In this document: positions 51,602-64,000 of the stretch, in pieces | Layout of the letters: every line of letters starts with the position of its first letter | How positions within the stretch are numbered: position 1 is the first letter of the stretch | From: Ginglymostoma cirratum | Taxonomy: Eukaryota | DNA: 64,000 nucleotides | Direction: 5' to 3' | Assembly (NCBI GenBank): GCA_024137785.1 | Contig: JAHRHZ010000012.1 | Coordinates: 50,663,389 to 50,727,388 of the forward strand | The notes under the pieces: model-generated | Database searches by the model: none | Told to the model about the DNA's origin: nothing | Seen by the model: only the letters and a program-made list of their open reading frames with translations | Made by a program: the position numbers and the translations under genes

Positions 51602-54600
51602 TCCCTCAAGCTTCACCTCCCCCCCCACCCCACAGTCTGGGGATTATAGCCCTGGTCATTCACCTGAGCTTCTCTTGCAACACTTTTGCCCAGGTTCAGT
51701 TCCTCCTGCTCCAACTCAGACACAGGTGATGTGTACCAGACTGCGGCCCATCTCTTGCCGCTAGAACAGCTCAGAAACATCTCTCTCCTTCTAGTGGCAG
51801 TGGTATGGAGGCTGCATCTATTTTGGACCATGAGGTTTCCTCAACACTAGATAGAAGAGTAGCACCTGCTGTTTCTGCTGGGTCTTCAGACCATTCAGAG
51901 AGTCTAGGTATGTTTTGCTCCTACCCTGTTTGAGAGGCAATGACTTTCAGGTGATCCATGTTTGCTCTGGATGGTATCACCTTTCCAAACTTTGTAACTA
52001 GTGGTACTTGACCTCACTGTGTACCCATGCAGGGTCATTTCCATGGTTCTAGCACCAAACCTCATCCCCTGAAATAAATGGTCTCACCAAGGAAAGATGT
52101 GAGCAGCATTGGTGTTCCTGCTGCCATTTCACCCCCATGTCTGGAAATAACTTGATAGTGTTTTCCCCATCAGCAACTCCTCTGGAACCATTCCTGTTGT
52201 TGCATGTCCTGGAGTACCAGGACAGTTTGGTCTCAATTAACACCATAGACTACTTCTTTAAACCAGCCTTCATATTTGGACCATTAATTCTGCTGGACCC
52301 TTGGATGACAGATGGTATGTTGCTGTGCTTATGTGCTGAATGCCATTGGACCTGAGGAAATAATCAAATTCCCTGCTGGCAAATGATGTCCCATTACCTG
52401 TGACCAACACTTCTGGGAGCCCCTGTGTTGTGAATGATGCTTGCAGCTTCTCAATCATCCCTGAGTTGAGAAATGAAGTGTATGCATGTCCAACCACATT
52501 GAATGGTCATTCATGGTGACCAGGAACATTGAGCCCCCATGCAACTGAGTCCATGGTTTACCTGGCCATTCCCACAACGGTGGGGGCATTGCTGGTGGCA
52601 ATTTTTGTCCTTATTGGCACTCTGCCCCACCAATGCAGCTATGTCAGCATCCAGCCCTGGCCAATAGAACTTCTTGCTAGTGCCTTTGTCTTGGAAATCC
52701 CTGGATGACCCTGGTGGAGTTCAACCAGTAACTGGTGGCAACCTTTACATGGGACAATCACCCTTGCTCCCCACAGTAATATGCCATCCTCTGTTGATCT
52801 GGTCCCACTGGGTCCAGAAAGAGTTTAAATCCAGGTTGCAGTGGCTTTTGTTTCCCCAATTACCATCAATTTGTTAGTTTCACTAGGACTGGGTCTTTTT
52901 GTATCCACAGTTGGATGTTGTCTGCAGTGATTGGAAGGGCATTCAGCAAGTTCAAGACCAAAACAGACTTTCAGGGGAGGCACCACCAGTGGTGTATCTG
53001 CCAGCAGGAGGCAGCTCATGGCATCCACATTAGCCAGTTGGCTTCCTGGATGATGTTCTAACATGTACACGTACGCACCAAGAATAAAGGCCCAACACTT
53101 CTACCAGAAGCTATGGCCAGCACTGCCTTGTCTTCCTTCCATAGCCCTATCAGGGGTTTGTGATCTGTTGCTATGACAAATTCCTGTCCAGAAAGGTGCT
53201 GGTAGAATTTCCTCACTCCAAAGATGATCATCAAACTCTTCCTCCCTATTTGGGCACACATGTTTGGCATCTGCTAAAGTCAGGGAAGCATATGCTATCA
53301 AGCGTTCTTCTCCATTGGGTCACCAATGACCCAACACCACCCCGATACCATACAGGGAGGCATTGTATGTCAGCACTACCTCTTGCTTCAGATCATAGTG
53401 GGCCAACACCTTAGATGGTGATAGTTGCTTTTTCACTGCCCTAAAGTCTGCTTCTGGGTTTTGTGATTATTAAAAAAAGGTCAGCCTTGGAAATAGCAGG
53501 TGTAAGGGTGCCAAGATGGGGGCCATGTTATATATGAATTTTCTGTAATAATTCACCAACCCAGGAAAGATCTAAGCCCTGGTACAGGCATGGGATCCAG
53601 GGCTCTTTTGATGGCCCTCACTTCCTCTTCTGATAGGTGTAACCCAGTTTTGTCAACTCTGGAACCCAAGTAGGTCACTTAGGGTGCCTGGAACATACAT
53701 TTTTTCCCTTCTAAGGCTTACAGCCATTTGGGAGAAGTGTTTAAGCACTATGTCCAAGTTCTCCAAGTGCTCTTTATTGGTCTGTGCTGTTGTTGGAAGA
53801 TCATCCAGATAAATGGCAGCTTTTAAAGCATTCTCCATGGTCTGCTGGAAGAGGGTACAGGTTGCCAATACCCCAGATGACAACTTTGTCTATTGATATA
53901 AATCCTTATGAGTATTAATTGTAGCATATCGCTGGGACTAGTCATCTAGTTACAATTACTGATAGGTGTAGCTCATGTTGAGCTTCTTAAATGCAGACCA
54001 CTCCACATACAAGTCCACTAATGCAAGGGAATTGGGTATTTATACAGCTTTGAGAAGTGGTTTACTGTTTGCTTGACGTCCCCACAAAGGCAAACCAAGG
54101 CATTAGACTTCACAATTGGTACAACTCGTGCTGCCCATTCTGCAAACTGCACTGGTTTGTTGATTCCTTCACTCTCCGGCCTCTTGTTTTCCACCTCTAC
54201 TTTTGCCCACAAGTTAAAAGGCACCAGGAGGGCCTTGCAAAACTTTAGGATTGCTTCCTGGCCAACATATAAAGTGACTTTGGCCCATTTGATAGTCCCA
54301 AGCCCTCTTTGGGAAACTCCTGTGTATTTCACTGGGACTTCACTGAGGCAGACATTTTCTAATTAAAGATATTGAGCCAATCAAGGTGAATCTTTCTCAA
54401 CCATTTCCACCCCAATAGGCTTAGCCCAAGCCTTTCACTACCAGTGGTAACTGCACCAACTGCTACAGAGAACAGGAAACAAAGCCACACCCTTAATTTT
54501 CAAGGGATCCACACTATAGGTTCTCCATCTGGCTGAGGTCTTGCACAAGCTTAAAGGTTGGAGTCCTCAGCAAACCTTGTTAAAGACAGATTTTACAACC

Positions 54601-55072
54601 ACAGATACAGCTGCACCTGTGAGCCTCCATGGGAACTAGGTGACTATTTAACTAAACATTTTAACTGGCTCCAATTTGTGTCACTAAGCAATTTAATTGT
54701 TCCAACCCTCATGTAGGGTGACTTTCCAGGGTATGCACTCTTCAGTATCAGCCTTGATGTTTTCCTACTCAAGTCAGGCCTTGTAGGACTCCTTTGCTGT
54801 CTCAAATCTGCATACCAGCAACTATAATGGCTCACCAGCCCAGTTCTTGAAGAACTGTTTAGTCACTTGTCTGAGGCTTGGCTTTTTGTCAGGAGATACC
54901 ACTGAGGGTTCCCCTAGAGTCCCCCTGCTCAGGACATGCCCTGATTGAGGCTCTGTGATTACCTACACTCAAGTGGTGTTCCCAAAGTTCAGTTAGGCAG
55001 GTGAGGGTATCCACTTCCATTATGATGCCCTGTAATTCCCACACTCCATTTTCTAATGACAAGGCCAGCTGC

Positions 55073-55161
55073 GCTGAAGGGTCTAGGCCCAAAACATCAA
55101 GTTTTCCTGCTCCTATGATGCTGCTTGACCTGCTGTGTTCATCCAGCCCCATGCTTGTTAT
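55073..55161 (+). mobile_element. 89-bp Penelope-derived hammerhead-type repeat inserted into Gypsy gag
   Basis: Perfect 13-bp TSD caaggccagctgc (55060-55072, 55162-55174); tgaa-ggg-tctagg-ccc-aaaac core variant. Confidence 0.85.
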
Positions 55162-55685
55162 CAAGGCCAGCTGCAATGCCTGTTTGAAGTCCAGTTGGGA
55201 CTCAGGTATTCAGTGCTTCTGCACAGTCATATCACCAATCCCATATACCAAATCTGGTTTCAGCATCTCATTCAGTGTTAACTGAAATTCACATGCCTCT
55301 GCTAGTCATAACATTAAAAATCCCAATGTGGACTCCCTCAATTCTCTAACAACCAAATAAAACTGATAGCTTCTCAGCTTCAGAGGAGATTTGGGGTCAT
55401 AACATTCTTTAACTGTCAAGTTTTAGAAGGTTTTAGTATTTGGAGCCTCTGGGAAAGTTAAGCTCCTATAACAGAAAACGCTGTTATTTTCTGGATTACT
55501 CATGGCTTTTCATCTGCCTGGAAAAGCATATTGCAGTCTTTCCACATTCTGGGCCCAGTCTTTGACAGCAGGATCAAATGAGTCAAGCTTCCCAAATAGA
55601 GGCATAATACCAAAAATGCTTATCCAAACACCAAGATGATAGCTGCAAGGAAATCTTTTTCAGGCACATCCCATTTTTTTGCTAC

Positions 55686-55872
55686 TAAAATATTGCATTT
55701 ACTAAGGCACAGTACACAGACTATGGCCATCAACTCCAAGTCAGCCCTCAACTGAGGAGATGCTAATCTCCTGGTTATATTGGTCAGCCAAGGCTTTCCT
55801 GATTGGCCCAGGTTAACAACCCCAATAAATTACCTCATAGTTAACAAGGTCCCCCTGGTTCCAATCACTACA
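55686..55872 (-). repeat. 5' LTR of the Gypsy element (with small internal deletion)
   Basis: taaaatattgc...gcacagtacac...ctcaactgaggagat...caatcactaca. Confidence 0.85.
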
Positions 55873-57029
55873 GTGGCCCTCCATCAAATGAGGCAGTTTG
55901 GGTCTTTGCCCAGTCTGCTTCAAATTGACGTCTGCCTCCACAAATTTATGTATTGTATTTCTGTAAGCTTCTCCACTGTCCAAAAACACAGAAACCTATA
56001 GACTACCCAATTTTGGACTCTTACAATTCCAGGGCCTGTCGCACTATTATTGGTTGCTCTGTCATGTGTATGAGGTCTTGGGAAATCAGTTGAACATGTG
56101 CCATGATTTGGTACCTTCACTATAATTACTGATCCTCCACTATTCCAAGATTCAACATGCTTATGGAAACGTTCCAAACTGTCATGTTACATTGGGCCTG
56201 ATGCTGCTAATCCAGCACTCTGTACACATCCCTGGGCAGCTCACTGTTCACATTTAGAAAGGCCTAGAGCTTAACATCAATATATCCGAGGCCTACCTGT
56301 TCCAGTGCAGAATCATTTCATTCATTGTTTGTGGTGGCAGACTTCTGTCATTTTTCAGAATGGGTTTAGGAAAAGAGCCAGTTTTAAACAATGATAAATG
56401 AAGTCCAGTGCCATACTATCACTGATGTTGACACTGCAGAACTCCAAAACTGTTGAACCTACTGCTTGCAGCCACCTCCAGCACAGCACATCCTTAGGCC
56501 CTGGTATGAGTATTTTTTTCAGCTCCATGAGGGAGCCACTAACTCCTCCCACCAAACCCCACCCCTTCCATTCCCCATCACCAGAGCCATTTAAAGAGAC
56601 AGCCAGGGAACTTCCAGGTGAGGTGTGTTTCAAATTTTTTGCTGTTGTGCAGCTGCAGTGAGTGGAAATATTGCTGGAAAAGCTTAGCAAAAACGTTTGG
56701 ATTCAGGAGTATGTTGAATTTTGACAAGCAGTTCAGGGGGTTCAGGAGATGTAAGTACACCTGTCTCCTGCATTCTGCTGCTCCCTGCAGTTATGTGTAA
56801 CATTGTTCTGTAATGCTCCATGGCTGAATGACAGAAGCACGTGAAGCAGCAAAAAGTGGGTGCCAGGTTAGTAGCTTTGATGAGATTGTGAGAATGAGTT
56901 GGAGGACTGTCGGGCATGGCTTCTGATTACTGATGGTTGAGTGAAGGGGTTTTGGTGCATTGAACAGCATGAGATGTTGATGTTGTGGTGGGTAGGAGAT
57001 TGCATTTGAATATGGCTTCACTGGCTTGA

Positions 57030-57240
57030 TCTCATTTGTGCGATCATTCAATATTTTATAGCGCTGCAACCAAATCCTTGAGGACAGACTCTGGGAATTG
57101 CCCTCCATAGCCATTTGCTGCCTTTTTCATTACAGGGTAGGTTTTGAGGTCCTCTAGGCTCGTGTGAATACATCAGCCTTTCCAGATTCTTAATGCCTCC
57201 AGCTCCTGAGAGAACGTGGAAGTCAGCCTAACAAACATGA
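57030..57240 (-). pseudogene. Harbinger Myb/SANT-like DNA-binding partner gene fossil
   Basis: 'QQMAMEGNSQSLSSRIWLQRYKILNDRT' resembles 'W..+A.EVN..S...R+W.QCRKKFNDLT'; upstream 'LPR' and 'ELEAL'. Confidence 0.6.
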
Positions 57241-57384
57241 GAACCTGGGCCTTTTGTTGAGCATCCGGCCTGTCAGTGGTATTTTTCATGCTGGGCTGTG
57301 GACTACAACCATATTGAGTTTTTAGTCCTGCCTGTCTTGCTTCAGTGTGGGGTTGGGTAACACCTCCATCATAAAGTCAGAAAC

Positions 57385-58292
57385 AGGGATGTTCTCTGAT
57401 GATTGCACAATGTTCAGCACCATCTACATTTCCTCAGATCCCAAAGCAGCATGTATCCATATGCAACAAGACCTGAGCAATATCCAGGTGTGAGCTGATA
57501 AGCAGCAAGTAATACTCATGCCACAGAAGTGTCAAGTAATGATCATATGAAATAAGAAACAATATAACTATCACCCTTTGACATCTAATGGCATTGTCTT
57601 TATTAAATGCACTACTATCAACATCCTGGGGTTTTACCATTAACCAGAAACGGACTTGAAACAAACCATATAAATACTGCAGCTACAAGATCAGACCAGA
57701 GTTTATAAATTCTGCAGCAAGTAACTCACATCCTGCCTTCCTGATGATGGTTCATCATTTAAAAGGCACAAGTCAGGAGTGTGATCCATTACCCTTGCCT
57801 TGCCTGAATGATGGGTTATAATAACCACACTCAAGAAGCCCAACAATATCCAGGAAAAAGCAACCTGTTTAACTGACACCCCATCCACCACCATCAGCAT
57901 TCAATGCTTTCACCATAATGACAGTAATATGTACAATCTGTAAGATGCACTGCAGTAACTGACCTGGACCCCTTTACCAGAATCTTCCAAAACTATGTTC
58001 TTTACTGCCTGGAAGCACAAGGGCAGCAAAAGCACGAGAACACTGTCATCTGTAAGTTCTCCTCCAAGATCCACATTGTTCTGACCTGGAACTATATCAC
58101 TGCTCCTTCATAGCCGCTGGTCGATATCCTGTAGCTCACTTCCTAACAGCATTGTTGGTATCCGTATACTCCAAGACTTCAGCAGTTCAGCAAGGCAGCT
58201 GACAACCACCTTTTCAAAAGCAATTAGTGATTGGCAACAAGCGCTGTGCTGTTACCTAACAATATCCATAATCCACGAATGAATAAGAAAAA
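57385..58292 (+). mobile_element. CR1-clade LINE 3' ~0.9 kb (second family)
   Basis: 'GMFSDDCTMFSTI' (FADD motif), 'INILG.TINQK', tail ...ggcaacaa...cacgaatgaataagaaaa. Confidence 0.85.
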
Positions 58293-58540
58293 TATCATAC
58301 ATTGACCAAAATCAGGCCTAATCTGATGTCAAGAAAGTATATATAACAAAGGTTTACAAAAGCGTAGCTAGGCAAAGGTTGTTTACGAGGTAAACAAATG
58401 ACCTCTTTTCCTCATGACAACATAAACAAATTATTTACCAGCCTCACTAAACTGTGAGCACCCAGAGAAAGCAATCTTCAACCTTGATCAGACAGAAGAT
58501 GGGGTTACAACAGATCATCTATCTGTTGTACAATTTATGA

Positions 58541-59260
58541 CCAACTCATCATCTCATTAATATATACTCCATCAGCACCTGATTACCCTGCTGTTGAACA
58601 ACCCATCGCCAATTGACCATCTCCTCATTATATACACCTTCGCCAACTCATCATCTCCTCATTGTATACCACACTGCAACTCAACGTTTCCTCATTGTCT
58701 CCCTCCTCACCAACTCACCATCTCCTCATTGTATACCCCCTCACCAACTCGCCATCTCCTCATTGTCTACCTCCTCACCAACTCACCAGCTCCTCATTGT
58801 ACACCCCACCGCCAATTCAACATAAACCCCACCACCAACTCACCACCCACTTGCCATCTCCTCATTGTATACCACACCAAAAACTCACCATCTCCTCATT
58901 GTATACTTACCGCCAACTCAACATCTCCTTGTTGTACACCCCATCACCAACTCACCACCTCCTCATTGTATACCGCACCACCAACTCACCATCTCCTCCA
59001 TGTATACCCACTGCCAACTCGCCAGCTCCTCATTGTATACCCACCGCCAACTCAACATCTCCTTATTATACACGTCATCATCTCCTCATTGTATACACTA
59101 TTGGTGACTGATCACCTCACTATTGCACATCCTATTGGCAATTAATTAACTCCATATTAACTGCCACCATTCCCCAACCTACCATCTTGCTGTTGTACAA
59201 CCTACAGGCAACTGATTGTCTATCCATTGTAAATACCACCTGCTTCTCAATTTTACAGTG
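58541..59260. repeat. ~34-bp minisatellite, consensus ccaactcaccatctcctcattgtataccccctca
   Basis: At least 15 contiguous diverged units visible, decaying at both ends. Confidence 0.9.
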
Positions 59261-60985
59261 AAGGTGGAAGTAAAGCTGGGTGTATAGTAGGCAATCAACC
59301 TGCTATTTCCACCAAAAATAAATGATACCTTCATTGTGTTGCAAGGTTGCTGGTTTCTGTTGAGTGGGAATAAGACCAATAAAAAATTTAGACAAATTGG
59401 CAGACAGATAGGCCAGGTAAAGGAGATGCCCAAATCAGCGAACCACAGCAAAGCACAAGGAGAGAAAGATTCAGAAAGACAGAGTTGCTGGAACCAAAAG
59501 CCAGACTGAAAAATGCATTTCTCAAATGCATTTCTGGAATAACATAATATGCGTATGGACAAAGTTAGACTTCAGCCTTAACATATTTTCACTTCTTCAT
59601 CTCTTTTAACTCATATTGCTTCAATAAAGACTGAAGCAGAAAAGTATTTTAGTTATGCTGTATGTATTGAGGCAAATTGAATACACAACTTCCAGTCCTA
59701 TTACTGATTTTGAATTATGTAATCTTGCTCATTTGAGAATGGATATCTTTGCCAGGTTATTTCAATAAAAGTCCTCATCTACTAACATTCACATCAGAAT
59801 GTCAATGGAACCCTGACAGAAATAATGCAAATAACCTAAAATGGATATGTAAAAGTTTTGCTAGTGTTCTTGTCAAAGGTATGGTAGTATATCTGAAAAC
59901 CCCTTTTTAAAAAGTTCTGTGTCACTACATCGGAACAATTTTTTGACCCTACACGTGCTAACACTGAAATCAAGCGAACAGCAACATTATTGCTCATCTT
60001 ATGAGCACACATTCCTACAGATTCTGATTACCAAGCACTTAGATTGATTAGCATTAATTGTATCCGAAATCAATATAGAAAATGTCTTTATTTTGGCACC
60101 ATTAGCAAGTGAAACTAGAGACTTCATGTGATATTCAAATATGGATATGTGAGATTGATTATGAAAAATCAATTTAATTTTGGCTGGATACATCATAAAC
60201 CATGACAATGATGTTCTGGTGATTTACAATTAAGATTTCAACTCTGAATACACAGGAATGCTATAATGTATGCTATAAGCATAGCAGGGTTTTGAGAGTA
60301 TAATCTGTCAGACACTTTGTACTGAGCAATAAATTAGCAGAATGATTAGCAACACACTTCCATGTCTGAATTTCAGATCCCCTACTGCCATCATATCCAG
60401 GCTGAACTGTTCAATTACACTTCCACAATCATAAAGCTTCATCTCTTGGTAATCAGTGACTTGCTGACTTTGCTGTAATTTTCACTTCCTGAAACTGTTG
60501 AATAAAATCATTCCATATTGGTAATTTAAAGATCTGTAGTGTCCATGTATTTTTCATTATAAGAATCTCTATTAAATATTAGAAGTATCAAAGATCATGG
60601 CATATAATTCATCTCAGACTATAAGAAAATGCTATTTCCTGGGTCCAAAAATATTGTTTTCTCATTTCATTGGCACCTCAGTGGAAGTGCCTTTTCATCC
60701 ACAATATACTTAACCTGCAGTATAGTCTGTTTCACCTATTTTTCCCCAACATTACATGTTATTTACATTAAAAAGAATTGCAAAGAATTGAGCAGGCAAT
60801 ATGGACCGTGTTGTGAAAATACACAGGAGTTTAAGATATTTCCATATAGAACAGATATCATATGATGAATGATAAAAATAAATTCATCTTCCAATAAAAT
60901 GAAAGAAGTCTGAAGCCAATTTCAAGCTAAAACTTGTGAAATAACTGTGCTGAGTAAGGGAGTTCAGTGTCAGTGAAACAGGCTT

Positions 60986-61066
60986 GGAAGGTTTTCGGCC
61001 CAAAATGTTGACTTTCTTGCACCTCTGATGCTGTCTGGCCTGCTGTGCTTTTCTAGCCTTACACCT
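60986..61066 (+). mobile_element. Penelope-derived short repeat (degenerate hammerhead)
   Basis: gaaggttttcggcccaaaatgttgac...ctctgatgctgtctggcctgctgtgcttttctagc. Confidence 0.7.
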
Positions 61067-61149
61067 CTAGGCTCATTGAAAAAGACGAATGGAAGAAGGA
61101 ATTTCAGGAATGAAAGGCAGAAGAAGACAGTGAAGATTCAATGTGCTAC

Positions 61150-62260
61150 AAGATCAGGGAACAGGCAAGCAGATCCTGAGGTTCATGAATTAGAACAGGT
61201 TCTTAAAAATTGTCAGAATGGTTTCATTGTCACCACAAATTTAATGGGCATATAAGCACTTACATCAGATCCTGAGACTATCAAAAATTCAGAGCAATAG
61301 ATAATTGGAGTAGTCACTTTAAAAAAAAACAAAAATCACTATGTTGTTGCAAAAGACCAATGTTGCCCATGATTTGGACATTTCGACCAGTTTATGTATT
61401 AAAAACACTTTACCCAAATGCTTTTGTCACTGAGGCACACAAAGGGATACAAGGTTCAACTTGATTTTATTAACAAAATATTCCTTATTAAAAGTACCAC
61501 GTCAGCATTTCCAAAATTCCCATAATATTTATTCTCTACCAAGCTCTATCCATCTCAGAAAGGATATTACCCATAATGATCCATGCATTTGAGCCAGGCC
61601 ATTGGAATCTCCTTCTGCTGTGTTGTAGAGCTGGCTTTCTTCCACAAAGAAGGGGCTTACAGGTCAGGACAGATCTTCTCCTGGTCTTTTTGGGTTGCCA
61701 CACAGTCTTCTGCCACAAGTCTTGTTGCAAATGTTCCCTGTGAGTCTTTGCCAAGTCTTCACTTAGTCTTGATTGAATCTTCACTGAAAGGATGGCATCC
61801 AGGTGTGTGTTCTTATCCCTTTTCACCCCAACCTTCCAGAATGTTCTGCGGCCTTTGGCCAACGGGGTCATGAGCTGGGGTCAAATCATCTAATGAAGTT
61901 GCACCAACACCCTTCACTGTTGCCAGAATGTCAAGACATCTCCAACACACAACCCTCAGACTGGTTGTAACTGGATCCTCATGAATCTTTGTAACTTCTT
62001 TGATCTTGGTTTCCACTGTTCTCTGAAGCTAATAGCTGCTGGCTACTGTTTAAGTAAGTTTAGCCAATTTTCTGCCAGACCCGATTTCTCCAGATGTGGG
62101 TTAATTTACAAAGTCCACTTTTGAGCCCATGGTTGCTTGACCACACCAAGATTTCTCAGAGACAGAAGACCTTGGATGTCAAAATGACCAGTTTCTAGTG
62201 ATTCATCATCAGCCAACAGTAAAACACAGGTATCCAATATATCATATCAGCAATATGAAT
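61150..62260 (-). pseudogene. Fossil gag-pro-type spacer plus retropepsin-like domain
   Basis: Long semi-open minus frames (61536-62016) followed by 'SEFLIVSGSDVSA' (~61290-61255), one base from FLIDSGSDVS. Confidence 0.4.
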
Positions 62261-62369
62261 GAAACGATCATGAATTTCCTTACTCCCATTTTCAGAACTG
62301 TGTAGTGGAAATGTTTGTAAATAGTTATGTTGAAAGCCACAGGACATAACAATTAGTAGTGGTACTAAC

Positions 62370-62845
62370 TTAAATGGCTGATGGAGAAAAATTAGACAAG
62401 TCCATACGGGGGTGAAGTTTAATATAGGAAGTATAATATTATAACCTTACTTTGATGGAAGAATCAAAACACAGTCTATTATTGAATAGAGAAACATTCC
62501 AAAAAAGGTACAGCTCAGACAGTTTTCAGTGCTGTTGTGCATGAAACAAAAATACTTAGCATGCAGGTACAACAAATAATTGAGAAGGCAAATGAACATT
62601 TGGCCTTTATTGATAGGGGTTTAGAGTTTAAAAACAGGCAAGTCCTGGTATAACAGTAAAGGCTGTTGGTGAAGCTGCACCTGGAGTACTGTGTATTGCT
62701 TTGGTTCCTATATTAGAAAAGAATATATTGACATTAGAGACTCACTAGGCAGATTCCTGGGATGAAGGGTTTGACTTATTAAGCACAAATGAATAGTTTA
62801 AAATGTTATTCAGTTTAAAACGTCATTCAGTTTAAAAGAATGAGC
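62370..62845 (+). mobile_element. CR1 LINE ORF2 fragment
   Basis: gcatgcaggtacaacaaataattgagaaggcaaatg...gcacctggagtactgtgta...gattcctgggatgaagggttt. Confidence 0.8.
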
Positions 62846-64000
62846 TAACTAGCATAGGATATGTTTAGATTCTATATAAATGATTAGCTCAAGAGGCCCC
62901 TACAAGAAATATCACCTACATTATCCTTATACCCAAGATCTAATATCGATAGATTGACCTTTAGATATATGTACGAACAAGCCACATGAGGATAATGTTT
63001 GCAACAAATGGAAGAGATGCATAGTTGATGGAGAACAGACCTGCACTAAAGGTGGAAATATGAGTTCCACCTTACTTGATGTTTATTATCATTAAATTTG
63101 GATCATTCAAAAAATGCAGAATATCCAATTCAGTTAATGAACAGGAAGTTGATTTGAGATGGAAGCATGATTCTCAACCCGAAGCACCATGTGTGATTCA
63201 GAGTGGGATCCTTACAATTATACCATAGCCAAAGAGATTCAGAATGAATTTGATTAACTTTGTAGCAGATGTTGAAGACAATGAATGTAATGAGTTTTAC
63301 ACGCTTTCATTGTGATTAAAGATATATTTATAAAATGAATTTATTTGATAAACCATGGTGCATTAATCTAATGTGAATTACCAGTGTTTTCTTTTAAACA
63401 GTTCAAAATGGTGACCACTCACACATGTACCAACAGTTCATATTTTATGATCAGCATTTACACTAATTTCGGGAATGATTTTGAAGATTTCAGAGGGCAA
63501 TTTCTATGCTGACACTTACAGAATTGCTGTCCGCATATTGTTATACTTGACGGCTGCTAAACTACTTTGCTTGAATAATTGTGTTATTAATTTTGGACTG
63601 AATCGTAGGAGTGACAGGCAGAGCTAATTGAATCACAGGAATAACCTGTTAATTTTTAGCTATGATGCATTATGGTGTATAACGCAAGGCAAATAGGAGA
63701 ATTTCAAAATTGGATTTTAAAGCCTGAAGACTTGTAATAAAAAAGTTAAGTTCTGAAAGCAGATCTGTAGTACCTAAATTTTAAGTTAAAATATAATAAC
63801 ATATTGCTGAATTTTGGGGCACAATGGCATCAGAAACAGAGATCAGTGGCTGCTGAAAATATTGGCTGGCACATCGGTTTTGTCACCCATTTCTAGTATG
63901 TTAATATTTACTGTGGCAGGAGGAGGGCAGGATGACAATCCCACCCTGAAGCCCAGTTGGGACCAATTTAAATTTTTAAAAGACTCATCATCAACTTCTT

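Larger units (their letters stand above)
51389..55872 (-). mobile_element. Full-length inactivated Ty3/Gypsy LTR retrotransposon (gag-PR-RT-RH-IN)
   Basis: Two LTRs; TSD gtggg/gtggc; gag start 'MPLFGKLDSFDP' (ATG at 55605); RT 'QFAEWAARVVPIVK', 'AIYLDD'; RNase H 'IATDHKPL'; integrase 'GLPEVLVTGNGTSFASREF'; purine tract next to the 3' LTR; many stops and frameshifts. Confidence 0.95.

Noticed and set aside
58541-59260. CRISPR-like periodicity or His/Pro-rich protein
   Set aside because: Units are contiguous with no unique spacers, the context is eukaryotic, there are no cas genes, and the ORFs arise from the repeat.
59179-59562. 127-aa minus ORF
   Set aside because: No recognisable domain or splice structure, and it partly overlaps the decayed minisatellite end.

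Overview
Repeat-rich vertebrate DNA, almost certainly from a cartilaginous fish (shark): it carries HE1-type tRNA-derived SINEs and shark-type CR1 LINEs. Most of the window is decayed transposable elements: CR1, L2 and RTE LINE fragments, a Penelope-like element plus short hammerhead-bearing derivatives, a full-length but inactivated Gypsy LTR retrotransposon (51389-55872, minus strand), a related solo LTR, other Gypsy fossils (including a SCAN-gag/Gmr1-like one with two protease-like domains), several PIF/Harbinger transposase and Myb-partner fossils, a Tigger/pogo-like MITE, mini/microsatellites and a 400-N gap. Nearly all supplied ORFs are TE remnants or chance frames. The only convincing host-gene candidate is one 178-bp minus-strand exon (23231-23408), which I cannot name. 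I find no supportable novel biological system. The best second-look items are the multi-protease gag-pro fossils, hammerhead-carrying inserts with clean target duplications, a micro-inversion between the two LTRs of one element, and an internally inverted Harbinger transposase. All family assignments are by-eye motif recognition, not database searches, and most TE boundaries are approximate.
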